DNA of 64,000 nucleotides, taken from the NCBI GenBank assembly GCA_963725865.1, contig CAVSAC010000014.1:992001-1056000 (forward strand), given 5' to 3'. The notes beneath the pieces were generated by a model that did not search any database, was not told where the DNA came from, and saw only the letters and a list, made by a program, of their open reading frames with translations. Source of the DNA: Candidatus Eiseniibacteriota bacterium (lineage in GTDB: Bacteria; Eisenbacteria; RBG-16-71-46). This document shows, one piece after another, positions 9,604 to 18,936 of this stretch (positions are counted from its first letter, which is position 1; each line of letters opens with the position of its first letter). The translations under genes were made by a program, and so were the position numbers.

Positions 9604-10163
9604 GGACGCTCCGCGCATCGCTCGCCCTGGTCGCGCTCGCGGCCGTCGCCGGTTGCGGCGATCACGCGCTGGTGCTCGAGGTGAACCTGCTCTCGTACAT
9701 GGACGCCTCGATCACCCAGCAGCGCTTCGGCCCGATCCCGGCGGCCCCCGGCGGGCTCGCCAGCGGCGAGCAGTCGCTGGTGCCCGACCAGGAGGTCAAC
9801 CTGCTCGACGGCCTGTCCGACGTCGTGAACGTGCAGAGCGTGTCGGTCCGCGTGGCCATCATCACGCGCGACTCCACCGGCAGCGGCGTGGACACCATGC
9901 GCGTCTACATGAGCGACATCGCGGCCGCGCCGCGCACCACGTCGCCGGTGCTGACTCACGCGCTGGGCCTGACCCCGGGCTCGGTGGACACCGTGGTGAC
10001 CGACTTCGAGGGCGATTCTCGGGTTACCGCGCTGTTCGCCGAACGGCGGTTCCGGCTCGAGATCACGACGTCGGTACGGGGGCCGGCGAGTGGGGCGCCC
10101 CTCAACGGCAGCGTCCGCATCCAGCAGCTCGATGCGGTGGTGGTGGCGAAGCGCAAGCTCTGA
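9600..10163 (+). CDS. Lipoprotein of unknown function, translationally coupled to the barrel gene
   Basis: ATGA overlap at 9600-9603; AAGGAGG RBS; lipobox VAG-C. Confidence 0.75.
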   Translation: MRTLRASLALVALAAVAGCGDHALVLEVNLLSYMDASITQQRFGPIPAAPGGLASGEQSLVPDQEVNLLDGLSDVVNVQSVSVRVAIITRDSTGSGVDTMRVYMSDIAAAPRTTSPVLTHALGLTPGSVDTVVTDFEGDSRVTALFAERRFRLEITTSVRGPASGAPLNGSVRIQQLDAVVVAKRKL

Positions 10164-10188
10164 GGGCGGGCATCCCGCCCGACAGGCC

Positions 10189-10218
10189 GAAGGCCCGGTG
10201 CGCGCGCACCGGGCCTTC
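10189..10218. terminator. Hairpin between convergent genes
   Basis: GAAGGCCCGGTGC / GCACCGGGCCTTC 13-bp stem. Confidence 0.6.
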
Positions 10219-10268
10219 GTGTCCTCGCGGAGGCTCGTGCCTCCGGCCCTCGCGCTGCCCCGCCCGTC

Positions 10269-11642
10269 CTACGTCCACGCCGCGCTGCGCCGGGCGTTCT
10301 CGTGGCGCGCCAGCACCATCGACAGCAGCGCGCTGGCGAGCAGTGCGCGGTCGAGGTCCATGTCGTCGAACGGCTCGCCATCGGTCTTGTTCGACAGGTT
10401 GAGCACCCCGCACAGCCGGTTGTTGTGCGTGAGCGGCACGCATACGAACGAGTCCGAGTTGTACGCGTCGCGCCGGCTCTCCTGTTCGTGCGGCACGCCG
10501 ACCTCGGCCTCCCGCACGCGGACGTGGAGCGGCTTGCGATTGCGCGCCACCCAGCCGGCGACGCCCTGGCCGACGCGCACCTTCACGCGGCCCGCGATGT
10601 CCGGGTCCATGCCGCGCTGGGCGGCGATGTGCAGCGTCTCGCGCGATCCGTCGAGCACCATCAGGCTGCAGCGCTCGACGCCGAAGCGTTCGGAGAACCA
10701 CGACACCATCGTGCGCGGGAACTCCTCCGGGTCGTGCTCCTGCGCGAGGACCTGGGAGGCCTCCTTGAGGAAGCCGATCGTGCGCTGGGTCTCGGCCAGC
10801 CGCCGTTGCGCGAGGGTCAGCTGCGAGTACGCCTCGGTCAGGTGCTGGGTCGCGGAGGCCGACTGCTCCTCGAGCGCGTTGAGCTGGCCCTTCACCGTCT
10901 CCAGCTCGGTGCGGTACTCGTTCGAGGACTTGTCGAGCGACGCGACCTGGCCCACCAGCGTCTCGAGTCGGTGCGCCTTGGCGCGATTCTCCTCCTCGAG
11001 CGACAGCGTGTGCTGGGTGAGGTGGCGGATGCGGTCCTGGAACTCCTCCGCGGCCGCGCGCGACTGGCGTTCGTCGCTGGCGCTCAGCGTCGAGCGTCCG
11101 TTGCGGTAGAGCTGCTGGGCGAGCGAGAGCGCGGCGAGGCTCTTGACGGGGATCAGCTCCGAGATGACCCGCCCGCCGAACGCGGTGCGCTTGTCGCTCA
11201 CCAGCACGAGCAGCGCGAGCATGTCCTCCTGGTCGGCGAGCGGCAGACAGACGCACGACTGCCACGTCGGCATCGCGGTCAGTGCCCGCAAACTCGGCGC
11301 CTCCATGGGGTCCGGCTCGTAGGAGGGGGAGGTGTGGAACATGTGACTGAGCAGAGTGCGACGGTCGGTCGCATTGAAGAATGCACTCGGGTGGAAGAAC
11401 TTTCGCACGAGTCGAGTCGGCAGCGTGTCCACGGGAATGGTCACGTCCCGGTGGTTCAGCCGCGAGCCGGCCCGCTGGTACACGTTCACCAGGGCGTCCC
11501 GGCTGACCTCGTAGAAGGCCAGGCTGGCGCGCCAATCCGGGCGCACCGATTGGAGATAGCCGAGGAACTCGAAGACCACGGCCTCGGTGTCCTTGCTGCG
11601 GGTCAGGCGTTCGCTGATGTCACGCAGATCGAAAGTGGACAC
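10269..11642 (-). CDS. GAF-like / coiled-coil / GAF protein
   Basis: GTG start after GGGAGA; C-terminal GAF (RCSLMVLD, GQGVAGWVA, SFVCVPL, GVLNLSNK, FDDMDL); central heptads; N-terminal CVCLPL...LLVLVS. Confidence 0.8.
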   Translation of the reverse strand: MSTFDLRDISERLTRSKDTEAVVFEFLGYLQSVRPDWRASLAFYEVSRDALVNVYQRAGSRLNHRDVTIPVDTLPTRLVRKFFHPSAFFNATDRRTLLSHMFHTSPSYEPDPMEAPSLRALTAMPTWQSCVCLPLADQEDMLALLVLVSDKRTAFGGRVISELIPVKSLAALSLAQQLYRNGRSTLSASDERQSRAAAEEFQDRIRHLTQHTLSLEEENRAKAHRLETLVGQVASLDKSSNEYRTELETVKGQLNALEEQSASATQHLTEAYSQLTLAQRRLAETQRTIGFLKEASQVLAQEHDPEEFPRTMVSWFSERFGVERCSLMVLDGSRETLHIAAQRGMDPDIAGRVKVRVGQGVAGWVARNRKPLHVRVREAEVGVPHEQESRRDAYNSDSFVCVPLTHNNRLCGVLNLSNKTDGEPFDDMDLDRALLASALLSMVLARHENARRSAAWT

Positions 11643-11693
11643 GATCGTCTCTCCCTGATGTCGTGGGTCGGTATCCGAGCGGGAGGCCCCAGT

Positions 11694-11709
11694 CGCAATC
11701 GATGTGCCG
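11694..11709 (-). promoter_or_regulatory. Sigma54 -24/-12 promoter
   Basis: CGGCACATCGATTGCG, close to consensus TGGCAC-N5-TTGC. Confidence 0.7.
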
Positions 11710-11817
11710 CGGCGATCGTTGCGTTCCGCAATCGAGACGCATCCTGCGAAACCGGCGTGATACAGTCCCGCGGTCCCGACCTTCACCCCCCACGCCAGGC
11801 CACGAGGAGCCCGTAAC

Positions 11818-13050
11818 ATGCCCCGCCTGATCGCCGACCGAGCGGTCCTGCGCACCACGTCCGCGCTGACCGAGGTGATGGCCGCCGCCCGCGCCCGCGA
11901 ACAGCGCGGGGAGCGCGTCCTGCACCTGGAGCGCGGAGAACCCGACTTCGAGACCCCGCCGCACATCGTCGAGGCGCTCGCGGAGGCGGCGCGCGCGGGT
12001 GAGACCCACTATCCCGACCCGCGCGGCACGCCGCGACTGCGCGAGGCGCTGGTCGCGAAGCTGGCGCGCGAGAACGGCATCGTCTGCGATCCCGCCGACG
12101 TGGTGGTCACGCAGGGCGGGACCCACGGACTCTACCTGGCGTTCCAGGGCCTGCTCGGTCCCGGCGACGAACTTCTCGCCCTGGCTCCGCACTGGATGGC
12201 GATCCCGAAGCTGGTCGGGTTCGCGTACGGCGCGACGATGCGCGAGTTTCCCGCCTACCTCGAGCTGGCCGCCGGCACCGAGTCGCCGGCGCAGCTCGGC
12301 GCCCGGCTGCGCGCGGCCCTGCGGCCCGAGACCCGCGGGATCTACCTCAACTCGCCGAACAATCCGACCGGTGTGGTGCTGACGCGCGACCAGCTGCAGG
12401 CGATCGCCGAGGTGGCGATCGCGCGCGACCTGTGGGTGGTGAGCGATGAGGCCTACGAGCACCTGCTGTTCGACGACGCGCGGCACGTGAGCCTCGCGAC
12501 GCTGCCGGGGATGTTCGAGCGCACGATCAGCGTGTTCACGTTCTCGAAGTCCTACGCGATGACCGGCTGGCGCATCGGCTACGTGGTCGCGCCTCCGGCG
12601 ATGCGGCCGACGCTGGGGCCGTTGCTCACGTACTACACCACGCACGGCGTGTTCCCCGCGGCCCAGACGGCCGCGCGGGTGGCGATCGAGTCGTCCCAGG
12701 AATGCGTGGGCGTCATGACCCGCGCGTACCAGGAGCGCCGGGATCTGCTGCTGGAGGCGCTCGCCGCGCAGCCCGCGCTCCAGGTGCCGCGCCCGCGCGG
12801 GGCGTTCTACGTATTCGCCGACGTGGCGGGCGCGCTGCAGGGGGATGACGTGTGGGCACTGGTGCGCGAGTGGCTCGAGCTCGGCGTGGCGGTGCTTCCG
12901 GGCACCGCGTTCGGCGCCGAGTACGACCATCACGTGCGCCTGTCGCTCGCCACCCGCCGCGAGGATGTCCTCGACGCTGGCCAGCGCCTGGCGGCGCACG
13001 ACATGGCGCGCGGCCCGGCGTCCGCGCGCGCGGCACGGGGGAGCCGATGA
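11818..13050 (+). CDS. PLP-dependent aminotransferase class I (aspartate aminotransferase-like)
   Basis: GEPDF, NSPNNPTG, SDEAY, FSKSYAMTGWRIG. Confidence 0.92.
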   Translation: MPRLIADRAVLRTTSALTEVMAAARAREQRGERVLHLERGEPDFETPPHIVEALAEAARAGETHYPDPRGTPRLREALVAKLARENGIVCDPADVVVTQGGTHGLYLAFQGLLGPGDELLALAPHWMAIPKLVGFAYGATMREFPAYLELAAGTESPAQLGARLRAALRPETRGIYLNSPNNPTGVVLTRDQLQAIAEVAIARDLWVVSDEAYEHLLFDDARHVSLATLPGMFERTISVFTFSKSYAMTGWRIGYVVAPPAMRPTLGPLLTYYTTHGVFPAAQTAARVAIESSQECVGVMTRAYQERRDLLLEALAAQPALQVPRPRGAFYVFADVAGALQGDDVWALVREWLELGVAVLPGTAFGAEYDHHVRLSLATRREDVLDAGQRLAAHDMARGPASARAARGSR

Positions 13051-13433
13051 GCCAGTGGTGCCCCGAGTGCGGCGCGGCCTACGGGCCGGAGACGGTGGCG
13101 TGCCCGCACTGCCGCGTGCTGCTCACCGAGACGCCGCCCGGACGCGAGGACGAGCCGGTGGTGATCCATCGCGTGCCCGATCCCGCATCCGGCGCGCTGC
13201 TGTGCGGCGTGCTGGAGCAGTCCGGGCTGCGCGCGCTGTTGCGCAGCGCCACGCTCGCCGGCTACGGCGGCGTGCGGCGCGACTGGACCACCGACGCATG
13301 GGGGGAGATCCTGGTGCGCCGCGAGGACGAACGGGAGGCGCGCTCGATCCTGGCGGACTACCTGCTGGCGCTGGAGCGCGGCGGGCTGGTCCGCGATGAG
13401 GACGTCGACGAGGACGCCTCGGGCTCGCGCTGA
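13047..13433 (+). CDS. Zinc-ribbon plus DUF2007-like (PII-like) small protein
   Basis: ATGA overlap; WCPECG...CPHC; LLCGVLEQSGL...ILVRREDEREARSIL. Confidence 0.7.
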   Translation: MSQWCPECGAAYGPETVACPHCRVLLTETPPGREDEPVVIHRVPDPASGALLCGVLEQSGLRALLRSATLAGYGGVRRDWTTDAWGEILVRREDEREARSILADYLLALERGGLVRDEDVDEDASGSR

Positions 13434-13442
13434 GCCGTCCGC

Positions 13443-15491
13443 TCAGCGCGCGGCGGCCGCCACCTCGAACCGGCCCACGGTCGTGAACATGCCCTCGCGC
13501 CCTGCGACGGGATCGTCGACCGCCAACAGCCGCATCGGCGGTCCGCGGTCCCACACCCGCACCGCGAGCGTGTAGGGACCGGGCGCCAGCTTGCGCGGCA
13601 CGGTGAGCCGATAGCGCTCGCGCATCCGCACGTCGTCCGGCCATTCGCCGACGGGCGCGCGCGTGTAGCCGATGAACCGCGTGCGCTGGAGCTGGACGCG
13701 GCCCTGCGCATCGACCAGCACCAGTTCCTCGAGCGCCAGCGGGGGCGCCGCACCGGTGCGGCCCCAGTCCAGGGCGAAGTCGAGCGGCTGGCCCGCGAGC
13801 ACGCGCCCCGGCAGCGCGTCCGCGCCCCAGAGCGTGAGCCCGGCTCCGTATCGCGAGCCGCGGCCGGCCGGGGCATGGCCCGCGAGCGGCGTGACCAGCT
13901 CCACCGTGTCGCGCGCGCCCGTGCGATCGAGCACCAGGTCGTCCACCGCTTCGACCGGGTGCAGGTCGTTGGCGGTGAGCAGCTCCCGCCAGCGCGCGGC
14001 GCTGCCGGTGTCGATCTCGCGCACGAGCGTGCGCAGCCGGGTGTCGGCGATCACGGCGACCACCCCGCGCGGGGTCGCGAATGGCCGCCGCGAGAAGGTG
14101 TAGTGCCCGCTCAGCACGTGGTGGAGCGAGTGCACGGCGCCCGGGCGACCTGCCAGGCGCGGCAGGAACTCGAAGCCGGCGACCACCGCGCCGTCACGAG
14201 GCACCTGGGCGAGCAGGCGCTCGCGCACCGGACGCAGGGCGCGCGCCTCGGCGTCCGGCACGATCGCCTCCGGGCGCGCCACTCCCTGCAGCACGCCGAT
14301 GCCGATCAGGGGACCGAACAGCGCCTGCGCGACGAGGGCGGTGCCGACCGCCACGAGCATCGCGGTGCGCGCCGCTGCGGGTCGCCCGCGCGCGAGCCGC
14401 GCCGCCCCCAGCACGGTGGCGGCGATCGCGAACGGGATCACCAGCGCCGTGTACTGGAACACGATCGTGTGCTGTGGGATCCGCGACGAGAGCAGGTGCT
14501 CCGTGACGATCGGCAGCGCGGGGAGCAGCAGCACCGGACGCAGCAGGGCGAGCCCCGCGAGCGGCAGCAGCATCTGCACCCAGTAGAGCCGCTTGTAACC
14601 CGCGTCGATCGCGTCGTGCGGGGTGTGCACCAGGGCCGCCAGCGCGCGGCCGGGATCCCGCAGCGCGCCCATCACGATCGCGCGCGGCGAGTCTCCCCAC
14701 GCAGCGTACATGCGGCCGTACTCGGCCTCGCCGCCGCCACCGAACCACGGCCGCAGCACGCCGAAGCTCACGACCAGCGAGAGCGCCGCCAACGCTGCGA
14801 GTCCGCCCGCCACCACGTGAGCGCGCGGGCGGCGGGCGATCAGCACCGCCAGCGCGAGCCCCGCCACCGCCAGCGCGACGTCCTCCCTTGCCGTGAGCGC
14901 CAGCCCGGCGGCCACCAGCGTGCGCCGGAGCGCCCCGGACCACGCGCCCTCGAGCGCCACGAGGAGCAGCGGGACCGCGAACACCTCGGGGTGGAACTCG
15001 AAAAGACCGAGGTAACCGAGCGCCGGGTAGAGCAGGTAGAGCGCGGCCGCCAGCACCGCGGGCGCGCCCGGCGCGAGTTCGCGCCGCGCGAGACGCCAGA
15101 CCGGGAATGCGCCCGCCGCCAGCGCGATGCTCTGCAGGACCAGCAGCGTGAGCGGCGAGCGCGCGAGGGCGTAGAGCGGGGCGATCAGGTACAGGATCAG
15201 GGAGGCGTGGTCGCCGAGCAGCGACATGCCGCGGATGCTCGAGACGGGTGCCCCCCGCAGGATGCCGCCGGTCCCCTGCGCGAAGATCGCGAGATCGAAG
15301 TCGGTGTACAGGAAGAAGTGGTACTTGATCGCGCACAGCGTCGCGAACAGCGCGGCGTGGGCGGCGGCCAGCCCACCCACCGCGAACCACTCGGCCCGCG
15401 TGGGGGGCGACAGGTCCGCACCCGCGGGGAGCGCCTGCGCATCTCCCGCCCGCGGCGAGGACGGACTCGGGGAGTGCGGGGCGAGTCTCAT
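13443..15491 (-). CDS. DUF2079-like polytopic membrane protein (putative GT-C glycosyltransferase)
   Basis: FDLAIFAQ, LGDHAS, LLVLQ, EFHP, REDV, FQY motifs; many TM helices; C-terminal soluble Ig-like domain. Confidence 0.75.
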   Translation of the reverse strand: MRLAPHSPSPSSPRAGDAQALPAGADLSPPTRAEWFAVGGLAAAHAALFATLCAIKYHFFLYTDFDLAIFAQGTGGILRGAPVSSIRGMSLLGDHASLILYLIAPLYALARSPLTLLVLQSIALAAGAFPVWRLARRELAPGAPAVLAAALYLLYPALGYLGLFEFHPEVFAVPLLLVALEGAWSGALRRTLVAAGLALTAREDVALAVAGLALAVLIARRPRAHVVAGGLAALAALSLVVSFGVLRPWFGGGGEAEYGRMYAAWGDSPRAIVMGALRDPGRALAALVHTPHDAIDAGYKRLYWVQMLLPLAGLALLRPVLLLPALPIVTEHLLSSRIPQHTIVFQYTALVIPFAIAATVLGAARLARGRPAAARTAMLVAVGTALVAQALFGPLIGIGVLQGVARPEAIVPDAEARALRPVRERLLAQVPRDGAVVAGFEFLPRLAGRPGAVHSLHHVLSGHYTFSRRPFATPRGVVAVIADTRLRTLVREIDTGSAARWRELLTANDLHPVEAVDDLVLDRTGARDTVELVTPLAGHAPAGRGSRYGAGLTLWGADALPGRVLAGQPLDFALDWGRTGAAPPLALEELVLVDAQGRVQLQRTRFIGYTRAPVGEWPDDVRMRERYRLTVPRKLAPGPYTLAVRVWDRGPPMRLLAVDDPVAGREGMFTTVGRFEVAAAAR

Positions 15492-15594
15492 CGGCCGAGT
15501 ATGCGCGATGCGCCGTGCGTGGAAAAGGGACGCGAGGTGCGGCGTGGCCGAGCGGGCGTCCGCACGCGGATGACCGCGCGCCCGACGCCGGGCG

Positions 15595-17373
15595 TCAGCG
15601 GCGACGCCGTCCGCGTGCTTCGGCGGCGGGGTCGCGCGGAGCCTCGTCCTCGGACTCTTCGTCGTCCGCGATCTCGATGACGAAGTTGCCGGCAACGCGC
15701 GGCGGCAGGATCACGCGGTGCAGCGCGATCTCGAACACCTCGTCCATGGTCTCGACCGGGATCAGCTCGAGCCGTTCGCGCACGTCGGCGGGGACCTCGT
15801 CGAGGTCCTTGAGGTTCACGGCCGGGAACAACAGTGCGCGGAAGCCCGCGCGATAGGCGGCGAGCGCCTTCTCGCGCAGCCCGCCGACCAGCAGCACCTT
15901 GCCGCGGAGGCTGACCTCTCCCGTCATCGCCACGTCGTGACTGATCGGCCGGTCGCTCAACACCGACGCGATCACGAGTCCCACCGTGATGCCGGCGGAC
16001 GGGCCGTCCTTCGGCACTCCGGCGGCGGGGAAGTGGATGTGGATGTCGGTGTTTGCGAACACCTCGGCGTCGATCTCGAGCAGATCGGCGCGCGCACGCA
16101 CGTAGGAGTGCGCCGCCTGCACGGACTCCTTCATCACCTCGCCGAGCTGGCCGGTGGTCATGACCCGTCCCGAGCCCGGCATCTTGAGCGCCTCGACGAT
16201 CAGCACCTCACCGCCCGCGGCCGTCCACGCCAGGCCGGCGGCCACGCCGACCTCGTCGTCCTTGCCCGCCATCTCGGGCGCGTACACGCGGTGCCCCAGG
16301 TAGCGCTCCAGGCGCTCGAGGCTCGCCGTGTGCCGGCGGCCGTCGCCGGTCGCCCGCGCGCGCGCGACCTTGCGGCACACCGTCGCGATCTGGCGCGACA
16401 GCCCGCGCACGCCCGCCTCGAGGGTGTAGTGACGCACCATCGCCCGCAGCGCGTCCTCCGGGATACTCAAGTCGCGCGCGGTGAGCCCATGCTCCTGCAG
16501 CGCCCGCGGGACCAGGAAGCGGCGGGCGATCGCGAGCTTCTCGTCCTCGCTGTAGCCCGGCACCTCGATGACCTCGATGCGCTCCTGCAGCGCGTCGGGC
16601 ACCATGTCGAGGTTGTTCGCGCACAACAGCAGGACCGCGTGCGAGAGGTCGATCGGCAGGCCGATGTAGTGGTCGGTGAAGTGCGCGTTGCTCTCCGGGT
16701 CGAGCAGCTCGAGCAGCACCTCGGCCACGCCGAGACCGCCCTCGCCCACCAGCCGGTCCACGCCGTCGATCACCAGCACCGGATTCGTCACCCCGGCGTC
16801 GCGCAGCGCGCGGGCCACCCGCCCGGGCTGGGCGCCCGGCAGCGTGCGCGGCACGCCCGCCAGATCGCCGGCGTCGCTGGTGCCGGACACGCTGATGCGC
16901 ACGAACGGGCGATGGAGCGCGCGCGCGACCGCGGCGCCCAGCGAGGACTTGCCGGTGCCCGGAGGCCCCACCAGGCAGAGCGCGGGGCCGGGCAGGTCGT
17001 GCTTCAGGCGGCGCACGGCGAGGAACTCGACGATGCGCTCCTTGGCCTTCGCGAGACCGAGATGATCGCGCTCGAGCACCTGCTCGACCTGCTTGAGGTC
17101 GGCGTCCTCGGGTGCCGCGTGCTCCCACGGCAGCGACCAGAGCCACTGCAGATAGGCGCGGACCTGGGCGGCCTCGGGCGAACCCGAGGGCAGTCGACGC
17201 AGCCGGTCCATCTCGCGCTGCGCCTGTCGCGACACCTCGCCCGGCAGCGGCACCGCAGACGGACGGCGCAGCGGAGCCTCCTCGGGGACGCGATCGAGCG
17301 CCGCGCTCTGCGCGCGCATCGGGCGTTCTCCCTTGGGAGCGCGGAGGGAGCGCGAACGGGCGTTGCGGGGCAT
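15595..17373 (-). CDS. lon: Lon-family protease lacking the N-terminal domain, with a degenerate ATPase module
   Basis: GGAGG RBS; DHLGL..AKERIVEFL, Walker A GPPGTGKS, KDGPSAG (Ser), GGLREK (Lys); Walker B reads VIDGVD. Confidence 0.9.
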   Translation of the reverse strand: MPRNARSRSLRAPKGERPMRAQSAALDRVPEEAPLRRPSAVPLPGEVSRQAQREMDRLRRLPSGSPEAAQVRAYLQWLWSLPWEHAAPEDADLKQVEQVLERDHLGLAKAKERIVEFLAVRRLKHDLPGPALCLVGPPGTGKSSLGAAVARALHRPFVRISVSGTSDAGDLAGVPRTLPGAQPGRVARALRDAGVTNPVLVIDGVDRLVGEGGLGVAEVLLELLDPESNAHFTDHYIGLPIDLSHAVLLLCANNLDMVPDALQERIEVIEVPGYSEDEKLAIARRFLVPRALQEHGLTARDLSIPEDALRAMVRHYTLEAGVRGLSRQIATVCRKVARARATGDGRRHTASLERLERYLGHRVYAPEMAGKDDEVGVAAGLAWTAAGGEVLIVEALKMPGSGRVMTTGQLGEVMKESVQAAHSYVRARADLLEIDAEVFANTDIHIHFPAAGVPKDGPSAGITVGLVIASVLSDRPISHDVAMTGEVSLRGKVLLVGGLREKALAAYRAGFRALLFPAVNLKDLDEVPADVRERLELIPVETMDEVFEIALHRVILPPRVAGNFVIEIADDEESEDEAPRDPAAEARGRRRR

Positions 17374-17464
17374 GCGGATGTCCTCCGGACCGAGTCGGCG
17401 AAGCAGCGGGATGGATGGACGACGTCAGGGCGACGGCCGGAGCCGGTCCCTGCCCATTGCGATT

Positions 17465-17481
17465 AGCAATTCGCTCGCCGG
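17465..17481 (-). promoter_or_regulatory. Sigma54 -24/-12 promoter upstream of lon
   Basis: CCGGCGAGCGAATTGCT, GG-N10-GC with TTGCT -12 element. Confidence 0.5.
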
Positions 17482-17659
17482 GTCCGCGGAGTTTGGCCTG
17501 ACGAATCGCCGGGCCAACCAATCGTCTGTGGTGGAGGGGTTTGCAGTCCGGCTGGGGGCCACGCCCCGACGCGGCCGCCTGATCGACCCGGCCAGAGAGC
17601 GGCCGCCCGCGGGTTGGACCGCCCACGGACGTGGCACTGGGGACCAGCCCCGGAAACAT

Positions 17660-17689
17660 TCGAGGGCCCGGCGCCTGCCGGGCCCTCGA
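17660..17689 (-). terminator. Terminator downstream of the TWG-tail protein gene
   Basis: TCGAGGGCCCGGC / GCCGGGCCCTCGA stem followed by ATGTTTCC on the minus strand. Confidence 0.6.
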
Positions 17690-17731
17690 TGCGATCGCGG
17701 ATGCGAGGGAGGCTCGCGCCTCCGTCGTGCA

Positions 17732-18526
17732 CTAACGATAGATAGACTTGATGCGGCCCCAGGTCGACGAGGAGGCCGGCGTCGGCTGCCCGCCGCAGGT
17801 CTCATCGAACGTCGTGCCGACCGACAGATCGTCGACCTTGTACATCCAGCTCACGGCGGCGTTCTGACGGAAGCCATAAGCCGCGAGCCCACGGCCCGTG
17901 CCGCCCGCGTCCGTGCCCGAGACCGAGAGGCTGGTCTCGCTGGCCGGGTTGACCCACAGGGTCGCGACGCCAGTGGTCGCGTCGAACCGCGTGGCGATCA
18001 CGTACCAGGTGTCGACGCTGAGCGGGGTCGCCCAATTGACCGGGGTGTTCGCGGGACCGTTCGAGATCCCGATGGTGAACTGGGTGGCGTTGCCCGTGAT
18101 GCCGGCGATGAAGATCTTGCCCGTGAACGTCGTCCCGGTGGGGATGTTGTCCTTGAAGTGCGCGAAATAGGAGGGCGTGGTGCTCAACGCGACGCCCGAG
18201 CCCGGAATGAGGAGCTTCATGCAGGAGTAGCTCTTGTCCGTCGCGCCGGTGGTGATGGTGTACCCGGCGCCGAACGGACGGCTGTCATCCGGAGCGTTGG
18301 CGTTGTTGCCCACGAGCATGTTGCTGATGATCTGGATGTCGTTCGCGCCGCCACCGACGTTGCTGTGCGTGTACCAGCCGGTCGCGGGATTGACGACACC
18401 GGTGGCTCCACCGAGCGGCTGGTCGGGGAGCGAGAACGTCTCGGCGTAGAACACGGACGCCGACGCGGAGGCCACGAGGGCCGCCGTGAGTCCGAGAGCA
18501 AGGAGCGCGATGGTAGTCTTGCGCAT
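17732..18526 (-). CDS. Secreted beta-sandwich (LamG/ConA-like) protein with C-terminal TWGxIKxxYR motif
   Basis: GGGAGA RBS; signal peptide MRKTTIALLAL...ASA; TWYVIATRFD..TLWVNP and VDDLSVG pattern; ends PTPASSSTWGRIKSIYR*. Confidence 0.75.
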   Translation of the reverse strand: MRKTTIALLALGLTAALVASASASVFYAETFSLPDQPLGGATGVVNPATGWYTHSNVGGGANDIQIISNMLVGNNANAPDDSRPFGAGYTITTGATDKSYSCMKLLIPGSGVALSTTPSYFAHFKDNIPTGTTFTGKIFIAGITGNATQFTIGISNGPANTPVNWATPLSVDTWYVIATRFDATTGVATLWVNPASETSLSVSGTDAGGTGRGLAAYGFRQNAAVSWMYKVDDLSVGTTFDETCGGQPTPASSSTWGRIKSIYR

Positions 18527-18936
18527 GGTGTGATCTCCCGATGGTGCTGGACTTGGGTGGGGAAAGGATTTCGGCTTGATTCCGTGTCCACGACGCACTT
18601 CGGAATGCGACCTCGTCCTAACCATGATCTTGATGCCCGTGTTCGGGGACGGGCGACCCTGTGACGACGGCAACGACTGCGGATACGTCACTAAGGTTAG
18701 ATGGAACCGGCGCAGGGCTCAAGCGGAAAGCGGCCGCAAAGACACGCCGGCGCGGACGAGAAGCGCTGGAAGGGACGCGGCTTGCGTTCTGCAACGGGGC
18801 ACGAAGTGCGGACATCCGGCCGCGCCTGCCGTCCCACGCACCCTCGGATCGGGCCGCTGGCGAGCCCACCGTCACCCGCACCGCGATCGCCCGGCAGGCG
18901 TACTCGCCGCGCACCGCTATCCCTTCGCGATTCCGG

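Noticed and set aside
18527..18936. Long, lower-GC leader of the TWG-tail gene as a possible riboswitch
   Set aside because: Only small hairpins were found and no conserved riboswitch core that I can recognise; an Rfam scan would be needed
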